Below are positions 8,426 through 18,109 of a DNA stretch of 64,000 nt, piece by piece (position 1 is the first letter of the stretch; each line of letters opens with the position of its first letter). The notes beneath the pieces are model-generated. The model was not told the DNA's origin. It did no database searches and was given only the letters and a program-made list of their open reading frames with translations. The DNA lies in the UHGV virus genome UHGV-0343432. The stretch is one strand, 5' to 3'. This DNA comes from a virus. The position numbers and the translations under genes were made by a program.

Positions 8426-8925
8426 ATTCCAATAGATTTAGGTGAAGCATCTGGGAAACTCTCCAATACAGTTTTCTCAGCTTCTTGTTTTGATAATCCC
8501 ATTCTGAAACACTCAAAGGTTTTGGCTTTTGCAGTTCCAGCCATAACCCCATCAGTTGTTTTCTCCTTTTTCTTTCTCGGTGGTTTTTTACTCATCCCGG
8601 CAATCCTCTTCATCTTTACCACCATACCATCATCATCTCTCTCACCAATAAAACCCAACCGGAGTGAAGGATGTATGAGCTCTTCTGCATCATCTCCCAT
8701 TGTCATTCGAAGTTTCTTCTCCACGTAATCATCAAACTCATCCAGTAATTGTGGGTTCTTGGGTTTATGCAAGTTCTCTATCCAAAAGGAGTACATCGTG
8801 GGGACATCTGCCTCAATTACATCATCGAAAGGCATACCCCTTACAACACATTCTCTTTTAAAATCCCTTATGCTCATCTTATCCGCCTTGGAATAAGCAT
8901 GAGCTCTTCCCTTATCCTTTGCCAT
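8389..8925 (-). CDS. hypothetical protein
   Basis: 178-aa ORF. Confidence 0.5.
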   Translation of the reverse strand: MAKDKGRAHAYSKADKMSIRDFKRECVVRGMPFDDVIEADVPTMYSFWIENLHKPKNPQLLDEFDDYVEKKLRMTMGDDAEELIHPSLRLGFIGERDDDGMVVKMKRIAGMSKKPPRKKKEKTTDGVMAGTAKAKTFECFRMGLSKQEAEKTVLESFPDASPKSIGIWYNKAKRKSKG

Positions 8926-9266
8926 TATTCAAAATCTTCTATGTCAATATCCTCAACCTCTATTTTATCATCTGGGAATTTATAATTCCAAAAATCCCGG
9001 TAAACTCTTTTAAAATCCTCGTTCTCTGGTCCCGCTTGGCCCATGTAAACGTATAACACCCAACTAATCTTGGGACAAGGTATCTTATGTACTATCTTAT
9101 CCACTAACCATTCCCAAAACTCTTTCTGTGTGTTAGGGAATCTGGGAAAACTTGGAGTTGTGTTCTCCAATACATCTTTAAACAGGTGAGAGAACATAAA
9201 CACCAGGTCATCCCTGTTTAATTCTCTAATCCCATTGTAATGCTCTAATAATACTTTACTTGCCAT
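8925..9266 (-). CDS. hypothetical protein
   Basis: 113-aa ORF, first after the promoter at 9288..9340. Confidence 0.5.
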   Translation of the reverse strand: MASKVLLEHYNGIRELNRDDLVFMFSHLFKDVLENTTPSFPRFPNTQKEFWEWLVDKIVHKIPCPKISWVLYVYMGQAGPENEDFKRVYRDFWNYKFPDDKIEVEDIDIEDFE

Positions 9267-9287
9267 GTTTTTATTTATTATTAATTA

Positions 9288-9340
9288 TTAAATGCAATGC
9301 AAATATAAGTTCTTTTTTAATCCCATGCAAATCCTATGTT
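9288..9340 (-). promoter_or_regulatory. conserved phage early promoter cassette
   Basis: aaatgcaatgcaaatataag...cccatgcaaatcc. Confidence 0.6.
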
Positions 9341-10244
9341 ACCTTTTTTGCCCCTGTATTCGGGATATAACGTGTTTTCTGAAAACGTTAACGTTCTCTA
9401 TTTCCTGGAAGTTGATAGCGTACTGTCTCGTGTCCCTAAACTTGGGCCAGAACTTTTGCCCCGACTTGGCTGACTTATCTTCACTCGTCAGATACTCAAC
9501 TACCAGGTCAGCAAAGCTGTTTGCTAGTGTCTCGTTATCAAATACATATAAGTATAGATGTGTGAGTGCTTTTATATTCTTCTGAGAATACCTAACAGTG
9601 ATAATTTTGTATCCCTTTTCAAACTCTAAATGAATGAGTGGTAGATACATTTTCTGGTACTTCCCATTATACTCGTATAGCTCTCGAATAAACTCTATGG
9701 ATTCCATTGGTATCCGAGATATATTTCTTAGATGTTTTGCTTCTCTCGCTTTATTCCTTCTCTTGTACGCTGAGGGTTCTTGTAGGTTATCAGGTAAAAC
9801 CCGGAAATTGTTCCAAGCATCAAATTCCTTGATAAGGTTAAATATATCCCTATCACATTCATTCCTAGAATCTAGAAGCTTATCCATCCCTTCAGTGATT
9901 AACCTAACTCGGGATTCCTTTATACTCCACACGGTAGAGTTATACATCCTACTGATAGCCTCTTTCGGTGTTAACCTTTGTTCTATCACTCCCTGAAAAT
10001 ATTCCCTGAAGTCCTTACCCACTACAGACTCATCAGGGAATAATACACCATAAGTCTCATAATGTGTTGTGAACATCTCAAAGAACTTAACACATCTCTT
10101 CTGAATCTCCAGTAATTTGAAATGGGCTTTTTGTACTATCTCCCCGATTTCCCATGAGGATTTCCCATGAACAGCTGAAAGGTTGAGTACCAGCCTTTCT
10201 TCATCTGTAAGAATGTTCCAAGCTTTGTCGTTTTTACTCTTCAT
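9339..10244 (-). CDS. putative transcription regulator with an N-terminal sigma-70 region-4 / LuxR-like HTH
   Basis: Residues 12-50, LTDEERLVLNLSAVHGKSSWEIGEIVQKAHFKLLEIQKR, follow the region-4 pattern (LTxrErxVlxLxxxxGxSxxEIaexlgxsxxxVk). The rest of the protein is unrecognised. Confidence 0.4.
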   Translation of the reverse strand: MKSKNDKAWNILTDEERLVLNLSAVHGKSSWEIGEIVQKAHFKLLEIQKRCVKFFEMFTTHYETYGVLFPDESVVGKDFREYFQGVIEQRLTPKEAISRMYNSTVWSIKESRVRLITEGMDKLLDSRNECDRDIFNLIKEFDAWNNFRVLPDNLQEPSAYKRRNKAREAKHLRNISRIPMESIEFIRELYEYNGKYQKMYLPLIHLEFEKGYKIITVRYSQKNIKALTHLYLYVFDNETLANSFADLVVEYLTSEDKSAKSGQKFWPKFRDTRQYAINFQEIENVNVFRKHVISRIQGQKR

Positions 10245-10908
10245 AATCTTCCATTTCTAATGATATGGTGGCATAAGCCTTATTCAATTTACTCTCTCCC
10301 ACCTCTTCATAACCTTCTTCAAGGTAATCTGTACTGTTCATGTCGAAGTGGTACATGGTATAGTATATATTAAAGAAAGGTACTGTGATTTTTAGTGGAG
10401 TACCGTTTGACACTTCCACTGAAATAACCATGTTCTCCTTTTCCTTGTTTATCTTCTCAACCTTTCCGTATAAACCTTCAAATGGATAACCACTTAGTTT
10501 TATACTATCCCCTATCTTTATATTCTCTTCTTGGTTATCACTGTATATGGATGACTGGCCAGCATCCTTGATTATACGGTTGACCTCTTTAGATGATACC
10601 ATGGCGAAGTTAAATCCCTGGCTTGGTTTTGTACTATCTCTCAGATACCCAATAAGTAGGGGAATCTCTCTTTTCAGTTTTGTCAGGTAATCAATATCAT
10701 ATCTCCTAAACTTGGGTACTCTCATAAACCCAAAATTAAATAGGTAGGGAACATCCTCGTAGTTATTTCTCCCCCTGTGTTTCCCTTTTAAAACTCGAGT
10801 TACTGGTACCACTATCTCTATCCCATACTCCCTTTCTATCCTAGTAATATCAGTCTCAAGGAATTTATTCCTATCTATGTATATTATCATCCATGGCCAG
10901 TTTTTCAT
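10234..10908 (-). CDS. NusG/Spt5-like transcription antitermination factor (NGN domain + KOW motif), comparable to Bacteroides UpxY
   Basis: N-terminal NGN-like segment: IEIVVPVTRVLKGKHRGRNNYEDVPYLFNFGFMRV. C-terminal KOW-like segment: KIGDSIKLSGYPFEGLYGKVEKINKEKENMVISVEVSNG, matching the pattern GDxVxVxxGPFxGxxGxV. Confidence 0.5.
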   Translation of the reverse strand: MKNWPWMIIYIDRNKFLETDITRIEREYGIEIVVPVTRVLKGKHRGRNNYEDVPYLFNFGFMRVPKFRRYDIDYLTKLKREIPLLIGYLRDSTKPSQGFNFAMVSSKEVNRIIKDAGQSSIYSDNQEENIKIGDSIKLSGYPFEGLYGKVEKINKEKENMVISVEVSNGTPLKITVPFFNIYYTMYHFDMNSTDYLEEGYEEVGESKLNKAYATISLEMEDYEE

Positions 10909-10909
10909 A

Positions 10910-11482
10910 CTATTCGGTTTTGTAGATTATTTTACAGTAAGGTTTAAATACCTTCTTATGTAGGTCTTTGTAGTTAATTTGTTTCAGGTCCTCTGAGTTA
11001 AGGATTACTATCCCACGATATTGAGATAGGTAAGAGATACACCCATATAAAACCGGGTAGAAGTTGAGTTCTCTTGCGATTTCGTTATAAACCTCGTTGT
11101 TCATCACCACGAAGAAGGTACCCTTTGCCATCCCGTTCCTATGGATAAAAAGCATGGGTACCTTCTTAACAGCCTTGGCATCTGAAGTACATTGGTCCCA
11201 GTAATGGTTTAACTTATCTGTATTCTTACCTTTAGTAGGGAGTAGGAGGTGTTCAAAAGCTATCTCTTTGGGGGCTTTCACCTCTATACTTATCCTACAA
11301 TTTCTCTCGTGTTTTTTATCTGTACAGATAACATCACCAGCTATAGATGTCCTATTTTGCCATCTAAGTCCTCCAGATTGAGGAACTCTTGAGAACTCAT
11401 ACCCAGTCCACTCTTTCATGAACTGAGTAACGGCTAATTCTAACCTGTTTCCTTTCTTTTTACTATTAATCCTGTCAGCCAT
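10910..11482 (-). CDS. PD-(D/E)xK nuclease, Hjc-like Holliday-junction resolvase candidate
   Basis: KKKGNRLELAVTQFMKEW...RVPQSGG...IAGDVICTDKK...CRISIEVKA matches the archaeal Hjc pattern G-x-E-R-E...SGG...D(I/V)..xxx-E-V-K. Confidence 0.45.
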   Translation of the reverse strand: MADRINSKKKGNRLELAVTQFMKEWTGYEFSRVPQSGGLRWQNRTSIAGDVICTDKKHERNCRISIEVKAPKEIAFEHLLLPTKGKNTDKLNHYWDQCTSDAKAVKKVPMLFIHRNGMAKGTFFVVMNNEVYNEIARELNFYPVLYGCISYLSQYRGIVILNSEDLKQINYKDLHKKVFKPYCKIIYKTE

Positions 11483-11521
11483 ATTGTCTTGTCTTTGTTT
11501 ACTATACCAGGTAGCATCATG

Positions 11522-13399
11522 CTAGCTGAGTAAGGTTGTAAAACCATTAACATTTTCCAACCTCACTATGGCTGAATTCTGAATATTAAAGTCTAAAAGG
11601 TGGGTTACTAGGAATATATTTTTCTCTTGAGCCTTGTCTTGCAAGATGTTAGCAACAACTTCCACGTTGGTAGTGTCTAGGGATTCAAATAACTCATCTC
11701 CTATAAATAACGCACATGGTTTAGTTTCTTGAACCACTTCATTTATGGCGAAGATAGTTGTCAGGTTTATGAGTTGTTGTTGACCCCCAGATAAGTCTTC
11801 ATAGGGGACTTCAGTACCATACCTGTTCACCAATACTCTGATATCTCCATTGGCTGATTCCATGTCTACCCAGAAGACTACCTTAAATCCAGATAGATTC
11901 TCGTAATCCCCCAATCTCGAATTAACCTGTTCCAGTAACATATTGAATAACCAGGGTTTTATTCCCTTGTTAGAGAATGTTTCCTTAGCGAAATTAACCC
12001 GATTTATTTCTACCTGCAATTTCACCAATTTTTTCCTGATAACCTTGATTTTCTTGGTAAAGCTATCAAGCTTACTCTGGAGGTCCTCGATTTTGGTACC
12101 TGGCTCTGGTTTGTATTTCTCGAGTTTTACCTTGGCCAACTTCTCTTTCTCTCGCTCTATCTTACTCTTCAGGGATTCAGCTAATTTGGTGTCCTTTTTA
12201 GCTTCCAGGATTTTGTTTTCTAGTGCACTAATTTTGGAGAGTAAGTCTAAATACTCTTTCTTCATTTGATTTAAGCTAGAAAGATTTTCTATCTTAGCCA
12301 AAAGCTGTTTTTCATGTTGCTCCATTGCAAGGGTGTAAGCTTTAATATCCCTGTTGAACCCGTCAATACGAGCCCTGAATGTCTCAGTAGCCTTTTCCTT
12401 ATCTTTTTTAGAGTAAGGTCTACCACACTCTTCACATACATCCGGGAAAGTCTCAATGTTTTTCGTGTATACAGCTATAGGTTTCTTACAGCCCTTAATG
12501 GCAGCTTCATCCAAACTGATATCAGTCCTTAACCTGGATATATCACTTTGACATTCATTATACTCTTTCTCCACGTTCTTGTAACACCCCCTCTCTTCTA
12601 CCAGTTTTTTGAGTTGGTCCTCATATTCCCATATACTGTCATTTTTGGAATCTTCACTATCCTCTAACTCTTGCTCTAAATCTTGGATATTCTCCAACAT
12701 GGATTTTATCTTTTCCTTATGAGCCTTGTGCCATGACCTCTCTAGGTTTTTAGATATCTCAATCCTTTCCTTGTAATTAGCGATATCACGTTTAAGCGCC
12801 TTTTCCTCTGATTGTAGAGAATTGAATTCTCCACTGATTTTACTCAATAGGTTATTAGCCCGAGTATAAGCATCCTGAAATATAGTGACTTCAAAGGCCT
12901 CCTCAAAGAATTTCTTCTTGTTAGAGGATTTATCATCCATTAGTCGTTGTTGCTTCTGACCAAAAATGACCGTGTTGAGAAATAACTCCTTAGAGTATGA
13001 GATAAGTCTATTAATCCTTGACTGTACCCCTTTCTTATCTCTTCCCGGGTCAAGTTTACCCCCCGAGTAGAAGAACAATCCATTTTTTCCAGCTCTTCCC
13101 TCGACCTTGCCTTTGTATTCGAAACATCGTATGATTTTGTACTCTTCTCCATCTTTTTCAAAGTTAATTTCAACTAAGGTACCATTATACTCTTTGGGTC
13201 TGATATGCTCCCACATACCTACAGCTCCAGATATAGAATCACCGAATAAAGCCCAATACAGGGCATTTATCAGCTTACTCTTACCACTACCATTTCTGGC
13301 AGATATGATAGTTATCCCCATTTCTCTGGCTCCCCAATCAAATTCTAAGTATTTAATTGAGGCAAACCCCTCTATTCTCATTTTATGAAAGCTCAGCAT
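11522..13399 (-). CDS. Rad50/SbcC-like ATPase (T4 gp46 analog)
   Basis: Walker A at SARNGSGKSKLINAL. A long coiled-coil middle with the zinc-hook CEECGRP. ABC signature at LSGGQQQLINLT. Walker B/D-loop at ALFIGDELFESLD. Confidence 0.8.
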   Translation of the reverse strand: MLSFHKMRIEGFASIKYLEFDWGAREMGITIISARNGSGKSKLINALYWALFGDSISGAVGMWEHIRPKEYNGTLVEINFEKDGEEYKIIRCFEYKGKVEGRAGKNGLFFYSGGKLDPGRDKKGVQSRINRLISYSKELFLNTVIFGQKQQRLMDDKSSNKKKFFEEAFEVTIFQDAYTRANNLLSKISGEFNSLQSEEKALKRDIANYKERIEISKNLERSWHKAHKEKIKSMLENIQDLEQELEDSEDSKNDSIWEYEDQLKKLVEERGCYKNVEKEYNECQSDISRLRTDISLDEAAIKGCKKPIAVYTKNIETFPDVCEECGRPYSKKDKEKATETFRARIDGFNRDIKAYTLAMEQHEKQLLAKIENLSSLNQMKKEYLDLLSKISALENKILEAKKDTKLAESLKSKIEREKEKLAKVKLEKYKPEPGTKIEDLQSKLDSFTKKIKVIRKKLVKLQVEINRVNFAKETFSNKGIKPWLFNMLLEQVNSRLGDYENLSGFKVVFWVDMESANGDIRVLVNRYGTEVPYEDLSGGQQQLINLTTIFAINEVVQETKPCALFIGDELFESLDTTNVEVVANILQDKAQEKNIFLVTHLLDFNIQNSAIVRLENVNGFTTLLS

Positions 13400-14354
13400 C
13401 GTTCAGTAAGTCTTTAAGTAATTTCCTTCTTTTCTTTCTCTTTTCCCCGATGTAGTCAGAGTAATCGTCTATCATACCTGACCAATCGTTCATTTTAATC
13501 TCATTAGTTGCTTTCCCATCCCTAGACTTAGTCTTGACGACTTTTCTTTTAATGTAACAGTCAAAATTTTTTCCGGGATCACCTTCGTATCGAAATTCCG
13601 GGAGTTCTGCCTTATGAAACTCAAACCCATGTTTACCCAGTACCCAATACCCCATATCTGTACCCATATCACATACTCTCATTTGCATGGGTGACCCACA
13701 CATTAAAATATTTTTACGGAGGAGTTGTGGTTTATGGATATGTCCACATACTACGTAATCGAAATTCTGGAAGAAGGTGCTCAGTTTACTCTGGTCTCCT
13801 TTCCTTTCACATCTCATACCATTTGTGTCTTCAGCTCCAGCCAATTCTTTGTGAATCAGTAAAACTCTCGGTGCATCATGTTTACTTTGGGAGCATACTC
13901 TCATTGCATTCTCTAATCCTACATCATCTCTGAGATAAGGTATACCGAATACTCTGCAACCATTTACTTCTACCACTGAAAAATCAATACACTTCATAAA
14001 ATGGTATATCTCTGAAAAGGTTTTCACCCAACTTGGAGATTTTATTGGGTCATCACCATCCCTATCGTGATTACCTGAAATACAGTATACCATTTCTCCA
14101 CAGATATGGTCTATCTCTGAAAAAGTTTGGTTCACTAACCTAAATAGCTCGTTAGATATGTGGCTTGGGTTATGAAAAAGGTCCCCAGCGATGAGGACCT
14201 TGTTACCATTTGAATGGGCTTTAAAAACCAACTCTTTAAACCATGTTAGGAGCATCTTTGTCCTGTACAAGTCTTGGTTGAAAGTATTCCAATCATGGAT
14301 ATGTAAATCACCAAGACAATAAAACTTACCGGTAATCTTCATGGTTAAAATCAT
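13383..14354 (-). CDS. Mre11/SbcD-like nuclease (calcineurin-like metallophosphoesterase, T4 gp47 analog)
   Basis: Phosphoesterase motifs CLGDLHIHD, LIAGDLFHN, ISGNHD and GHIHKPQ. It directly follows the Rad50-like gene. Confidence 0.8.
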   Translation of the reverse strand: MILTMKITGKFYCLGDLHIHDWNTFNQDLYRTKMLLTWFKELVFKAHSNGNKVLIAGDLFHNPSHISNELFRLVNQTFSEIDHICGEMVYCISGNHDRDGDDPIKSPSWVKTFSEIYHFMKCIDFSVVEVNGCRVFGIPYLRDDVGLENAMRVCSQSKHDAPRVLLIHKELAGAEDTNGMRCERKGDQSKLSTFFQNFDYVVCGHIHKPQLLRKNILMCGSPMQMRVCDMGTDMGYWVLGKHGFEFHKAELPEFRYEGDPGKNFDCYIKRKVVKTKSRDGKATNEIKMNDWSGMIDDYSDYIGEKRKKRRKLLKDLLNDAELS

Positions 14355-15063
14355 TGTAGGTTATATACTCGTATAATTCTGAGAACTCATCTCCCTCGAA
14401 CCCTCCTATATTCTCAATAATTTGAGCCACTGCCTTAAATCTCTTCTTAAACTCGGAGATATGGATGGTAGCTTCTTTGATAATGTTCTTCCTACCCAGG
14501 AATCTTAAATTACCCCACTCGAAAGGGATATTTTGTTCATGGTAGTAATGTTTCACGTTCTCCATGAAATACCGGAAGTCAAACCCTTTGAATAACAGGT
14601 TGGATTTTATCTGATACCCTTCATCTGCTATACGTTTACCATCATTCTCGGTTTCCCATGAGAATGGTCGTATTAACCTGATAAATACTACGTTGTAATT
14701 CTCCAAATCATGTTGTAGCATTTCTATGCAGGTTTTGTTATATTCTCTTTGTAGTTGGTAGGGTTTATTACCATCCATGTAATATATCAGGTTATCAATG
14801 ATTGACCTATCTGTTACGAAATTATCATTATCCCCTAATACTTTTCTCCTGTTCTCAAGTATAGCTAACTGATATTTATGGGCCCAATTATAATCCCCTA
14901 ATAACTGGAGTGCGTGTTCATGGGATTTTACTCCAAACTCATCCCACACATTACTCGCTGATGTATTTATATAGGGTAAACCCAATTCTTTGGATATCAG
15001 TTTAGCTAAGGTTGTTTTTCCTAGACCTGATGCTCCGCTGAGATAAACTCTTAAATGTTTCAT
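14326..15063 (-). CDS. P-loop nucleotide kinase, dNMP-kinase-like (T4 gp1-like)
   Basis: An N-terminal Walker A at MKHLRVYLSGASGLGKTTLAKLI resembles the dNMP kinase N-terminus (MKLIFLSG..SGKDT). About 245 aa. Confidence 0.5.
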   Translation of the reverse strand: MKHLRVYLSGASGLGKTTLAKLISKELGLPYINTSASNVWDEFGVKSHEHALQLLGDYNWAHKYQLAILENRRKVLGDNDNFVTDRSIIDNLIYYMDGNKPYQLQREYNKTCIEMLQHDLENYNVVFIRLIRPFSWETENDGKRIADEGYQIKSNLLFKGFDFRYFMENVKHYYHEQNIPFEWGNLRFLGRKNIIKEATIHISEFKKRFKAVAQIIENIGGFEGDEFSELYEYITYNDFNHEDYR

Positions 15064-15937
15064 AGAATCCTTTATCTTTTAAGAATGATTTTAATGTAAA
15101 AGCTCCACAATAATTCTCGAACAATGACTTGTTCGGAGTTGGGAATGGTTGATTCTTATACCAATTGATTTTCACATCCCGCATATACTTTAAGTGATAT
15201 GCTCTCAATGATATCAAAAAGTGGTTCTTCTTATATATCTTCTGTAATGCGTTCTTGCTCACTACTGAGCTTATCTCTGACCCTCTTAAGAAGGCTTTGA
15301 TTGACCCATACTTTTCAAGGAATTGTTGTGCTCTCTTCTCACCCACTAAAGGATATCCCTTAATATTATCCGAGTCATCACCGACCAAAGTAAGGTAATC
15401 CACAGTTTGCTTAGCTTCATACCCCTTAAAATGTTTGCAAGTGTTCACGGTTATTTTCTCTTGGCTATGTGGGTTATAAATAACTACATCCTTTGTCGTA
15501 GCCAACTGGTTGAAGTCTTTATCTGATGAGATGATTATGATTGTTCCCACTCTCTGTTTTTGCAGGAGTTTAACCACCGAGTAAATCATATCATCAGCTT
15601 CCTGGTCTGGGTTATGTACTACTGATACACCCAAATTGTAGAGTCCTTCCATTACCTCTTCCTTTTGCCTTAGGAAATCTTCCTTATCAAAATCCAATTT
15701 CTGTACCCTAGAACCCTTATAATCTGGGCATATCTTTAACCGGTGTTTACTCCTGGCTCCATCGAATACCGCTATTACCAAATCGGGTTGAAATTTCCTT
15801 ACCTGAGCCTCTACCACGAAAGGTACTCCATATATAGCAGACGTGGGCCTACCACTCACGTCTGTAAATGAATTGAACCTGTGGTAAGCCCTGTGCATAA
15901 GGTTGTTTGCGTCAAATATTAATGCTGTTTCTACCAT
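15002..15937 (-). CDS. 5'-3' exonuclease / flap endonuclease (T4 RNase H / Pol I 5'-exo family)
   Basis: Motifs LIFDANNLMHRAYH, VFDG..S.R, EADDMI and the H3TH region LVGDDSDNIKGYPLVGEKRAQQFLEKYGS. Confidence 0.8.
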   Translation of the reverse strand: MVETALIFDANNLMHRAYHRFNSFTDVSGRPTSAIYGVPFVVEAQVRKFQPDLVIAVFDGARSKHRLKICPDYKGSRVQKLDFDKEDFLRQKEEVMEGLYNLGVSVVHNPDQEADDMIYSVVKLLQKQRVGTIIIISSDKDFNQLATTKDVVIYNPHSQEKITVNTCKHFKGYEAKQTVDYLTLVGDDSDNIKGYPLVGEKRAQQFLEKYGSIKAFLRGSEISSVVSKNALQKIYKKNHFLISLRAYHLKYMRDVKINWYKNQPFPTPNKSLFENYCGAFTLKSFLKDKGFYETFKSLSQRSIRSRKNNLS

Positions 15938-15938
15938 T

Positions 15939-17057
15939 TTATTCCTCCTCTTCTCCCACTGGGAATAGGTTTATCTCTTTCTCATTGAGATCTTCTAGTA
16001 CCTTTTTAGTATTACTAAAAGTGTTTATTCCAGCAAGTTTAATAAGTTTACTTCTAATGTCTTTGTTCTCCTCCAAAAGTGATTGGAATGCGTCTTCTCC
16101 CCGTGCAATTTTATTCCCCTCCTTATCGTAATAAATCGATGACCCCTTCTCCCTCTTAACTGCACCAGAGGATTCAAGTACCTCGGCTAACCCGGCATAC
16201 CTTGAGAATCCAGGTTGGCAGTAATCAGCCAGGAAATATACTTCAGTCTCCATTGTTGGCCTTGGTGGGGCTACCTTGTTTTTCTTCATCCTCAAGGAAA
16301 CATAGTTACCAACCCAAGTCTCTTTCCCATGTACCTTTTCCTTGATTTGTTTTTTACGATAAAAACCCATACGAATATGGGCAAAGAATTTCATTGCTTC
16401 TCCACCTGGTGTTGTCTCGGGATCCTCGAACATGGTACCCAGTTTCTTCCTGAGTTGGTTAATGAATATGCAGGTGACTCCCAAATCTGCAAGCTCCTTG
16501 CTTCTCTTCCGGAGAAAGTTACCCATTGCTTTAGCTCTGATACCCATCTCTGCCTTCTCATCTGTTTGTTCCATCTCCAACCTCTCTATTGTATCCAATG
16601 CTGCAATGGAATCCAACACATATAGAATAGGTTCATTGTGAGTTAACTTCTTTCTCAAAGCCCTGGCAGTTTCTATTGTCCAATCTGATATAACCTCTAT
16701 GGCGTTCTCATGGAATACCAGAACCTTATCCAAATCAATCCCATTTGTTGTCCACCAATCCTTCGAGTAAGAACTCTCAGCATCTACCCACATTCCCCAA
16801 CCTCCAAGCTTTTGGCATATAGCTAAGAAGTCCAACGCTACCAGAGATTTACCCGAGCTCTCCTGACCAAATAACTCGAGTACTTTACCAAATGGTATAC
16901 CCCCTCCAGTTACCCAGTTCATCACTAAACTCCTTGACGGTAGCCATGGCATATTCTCCACTTCTCCATACATCTCAGAAGCCAGTGATACTTGAGAGTA
17001 TTTATTCATGATACTCTGCAAGCTCTTTGTCTTTTTACTTTTCGCTTTCTTTGCCAT
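15939..17057 (-). CDS. RecA/UvsX-family recombinase
   Basis: Walker A at FGQESSGKSLVALDF (RecA: GPESSGKTT). Walker B-like at ILYVLDSIAAL. About 370 aa. Confidence 0.75.
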   Translation of the reverse strand: MAKKAKSKKTKSLQSIMNKYSQVSLASEMYGEVENMPWLPSRSLVMNWVTGGGIPFGKVLELFGQESSGKSLVALDFLAICQKLGGWGMWVDAESSYSKDWWTTNGIDLDKVLVFHENAIEVISDWTIETARALRKKLTHNEPILYVLDSIAALDTIERLEMEQTDEKAEMGIRAKAMGNFLRKRSKELADLGVTCIFINQLRKKLGTMFEDPETTPGGEAMKFFAHIRMGFYRKKQIKEKVHGKETWVGNYVSLRMKKNKVAPPRPTMETEVYFLADYCQPGFSRYAGLAEVLESSGAVKREKGSSIYYDKEGNKIARGEDAFQSLLEENKDIRSKLIKLAGINTFSNTKKVLEDLNEKEINLFPVGEEEE

Positions 17058-17311
17058 CAGTCATTTCTTTCAAATACAACCACTATACCGGTATTGGTAT
17101 GTACCATTGTTTTTACAAACCAACCTCTCTTTAGCCATACCTCTATCCCCTCTCCATAATCATAGGTAATATCTACTGCCATTTGCCTGTATTTTGGTAT
17201 ATTCACTTTAGATGCTTCCCAAATACCACCCTTGGCTATAATGTTGTCCTTATCTATGAAGAGAGGTCCATCCATTGGACCCCCTTCTACGTTCTCTTTC
17301 TCTTTACTCAT
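17057..17311 (-). CDS. hypothetical small protein
   Basis: 84-aa ORF overlapping its neighbours by a few nt. Confidence 0.45.
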   Translation of the reverse strand: MSKEKENVEGGPMDGPLFIDKDNIIAKGGIWEASKVNIPKYRQMAVDITYDYGEGIEVWLKRGWFVKTMVHTNTGIVVVFERND

Positions 17312-18095
17312 CGTCTTCGTGTTTATGTTTTTTGAGTTTCTTAGCCTTCTTCAAGGTTGATTTCTCTTTCTTATCCTTTTTGGATTTCTTTGATGAACCC
17401 ATATCGTCATCCTCTTCCTCTGGTTCATCACTGCTGGAAGAAGCATTACCCATGTACTGTTCAATGTATTCCTGAGTTTTCTCATAAGAAGGAATAACCT
17501 CTCTTACTAAGGCCTCGATATCAACTCCCTCTTTAGGTCTGCAATTCTTGGGTATGGAGTTGTTCTTGCAAGGCTTAACCGTGTACTCAGTATCGTTTTT
17601 ACCTGTCCCCGTTCTCTTGAGTTTAAGGTCATAACCTTCATCTAGGTCAGTCATATCCCCCCACTCTTCTTCGTCAAGGTATAGGTCAATAATCTCTGAG
17701 TATTGAGACTGAGCCAACTGCAACAGTTTGGGTTCAGGGTCATAGTCTTTTCCTTTCTCATCCTTGCAAAGGAGAACAGCAACCATGTATTTTTTCTTCG
17801 GAGAAAGATCTTTAGCCAACTCCTTATCATCTGGGTCTTTGGATTTCTTTAGCTCCTCGTACTTCTCGTAGATAGCACAAGGCTCATCATAAGTCATGGG
17901 AGAATAAACTCCCTTGATATCTCCACCCAAGTAGAATTGAACTACCTCTTTTATAAACTCTTCTTCATCTCCAGCAGAGAGTAAACGAACCCTCAGCTCT
18001 TCATCTGCTTTCTGGAAAAGTACTTTACCATTTCCTTTTGTTTTGAGAGCCTTTTGTTTATCTCTCAACCTGTCTTTTAAACTTTTCTTTGCCAT
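17304..18095 (-). CDS. putative ssDNA-binding protein (gp32-like architecture: basic N-terminus, Cys cluster, acidic C-tail)
   Basis: N-terminus MAKKSLKDRLRDKQKALKTKGNGK resembles the gp32 basic LAST region. It has Cys residues in CAIYEKY, LLCKDEKG and KPCKNNSIPKNC, and a C-terminal SSSDEPEEEDDDMG acidic tail followed by a K-rich end. Adjacent to the UvsX-like gene. Confidence 0.3.
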   Translation of the reverse strand: MAKKSLKDRLRDKQKALKTKGNGKVLFQKADEELRVRLLSAGDEEEFIKEVVQFYLGGDIKGVYSPMTYDEPCAIYEKYEELKKSKDPDDKELAKDLSPKKKYMVAVLLCKDEKGKDYDPEPKLLQLAQSQYSEIIDLYLDEEEWGDMTDLDEGYDLKLKRTGTGKNDTEYTVKPCKNNSIPKNCRPKEGVDIEALVREVIPSYEKTQEYIEQYMGNASSSSDEPEEEDDDMGSSKKSKKDKKEKSTLKKAKKLKKHKHEDDE

Positions 18096-18109
18096 AACAT
18101 AAAATTAAA

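Noticed and set aside
465-8985. Numerous plus-strand ORFs of 60-160 aa (e.g. 465..692, 937..1281, 7019..7510, 7197..7499, 8414..8728).
   Set aside because: They lie entirely inside longer minus-strand ORFs. They have low-complexity or poly-Ser/Phe translations typical of the antisense strand of AT-rich coding DNA, and lack upstream promoter cassettes.
1484-9340. The repeated tgcaatgcaaatata elements could be mistaken for a CRISPR array or other tandem-repeat array.
   Set aside because: The copies are 1.4-4 kb apart and each sits in an intergenic gap directly upstream of a gene start. They match the -33/-7 promoter architecture. There are no regularly spaced short spacers.
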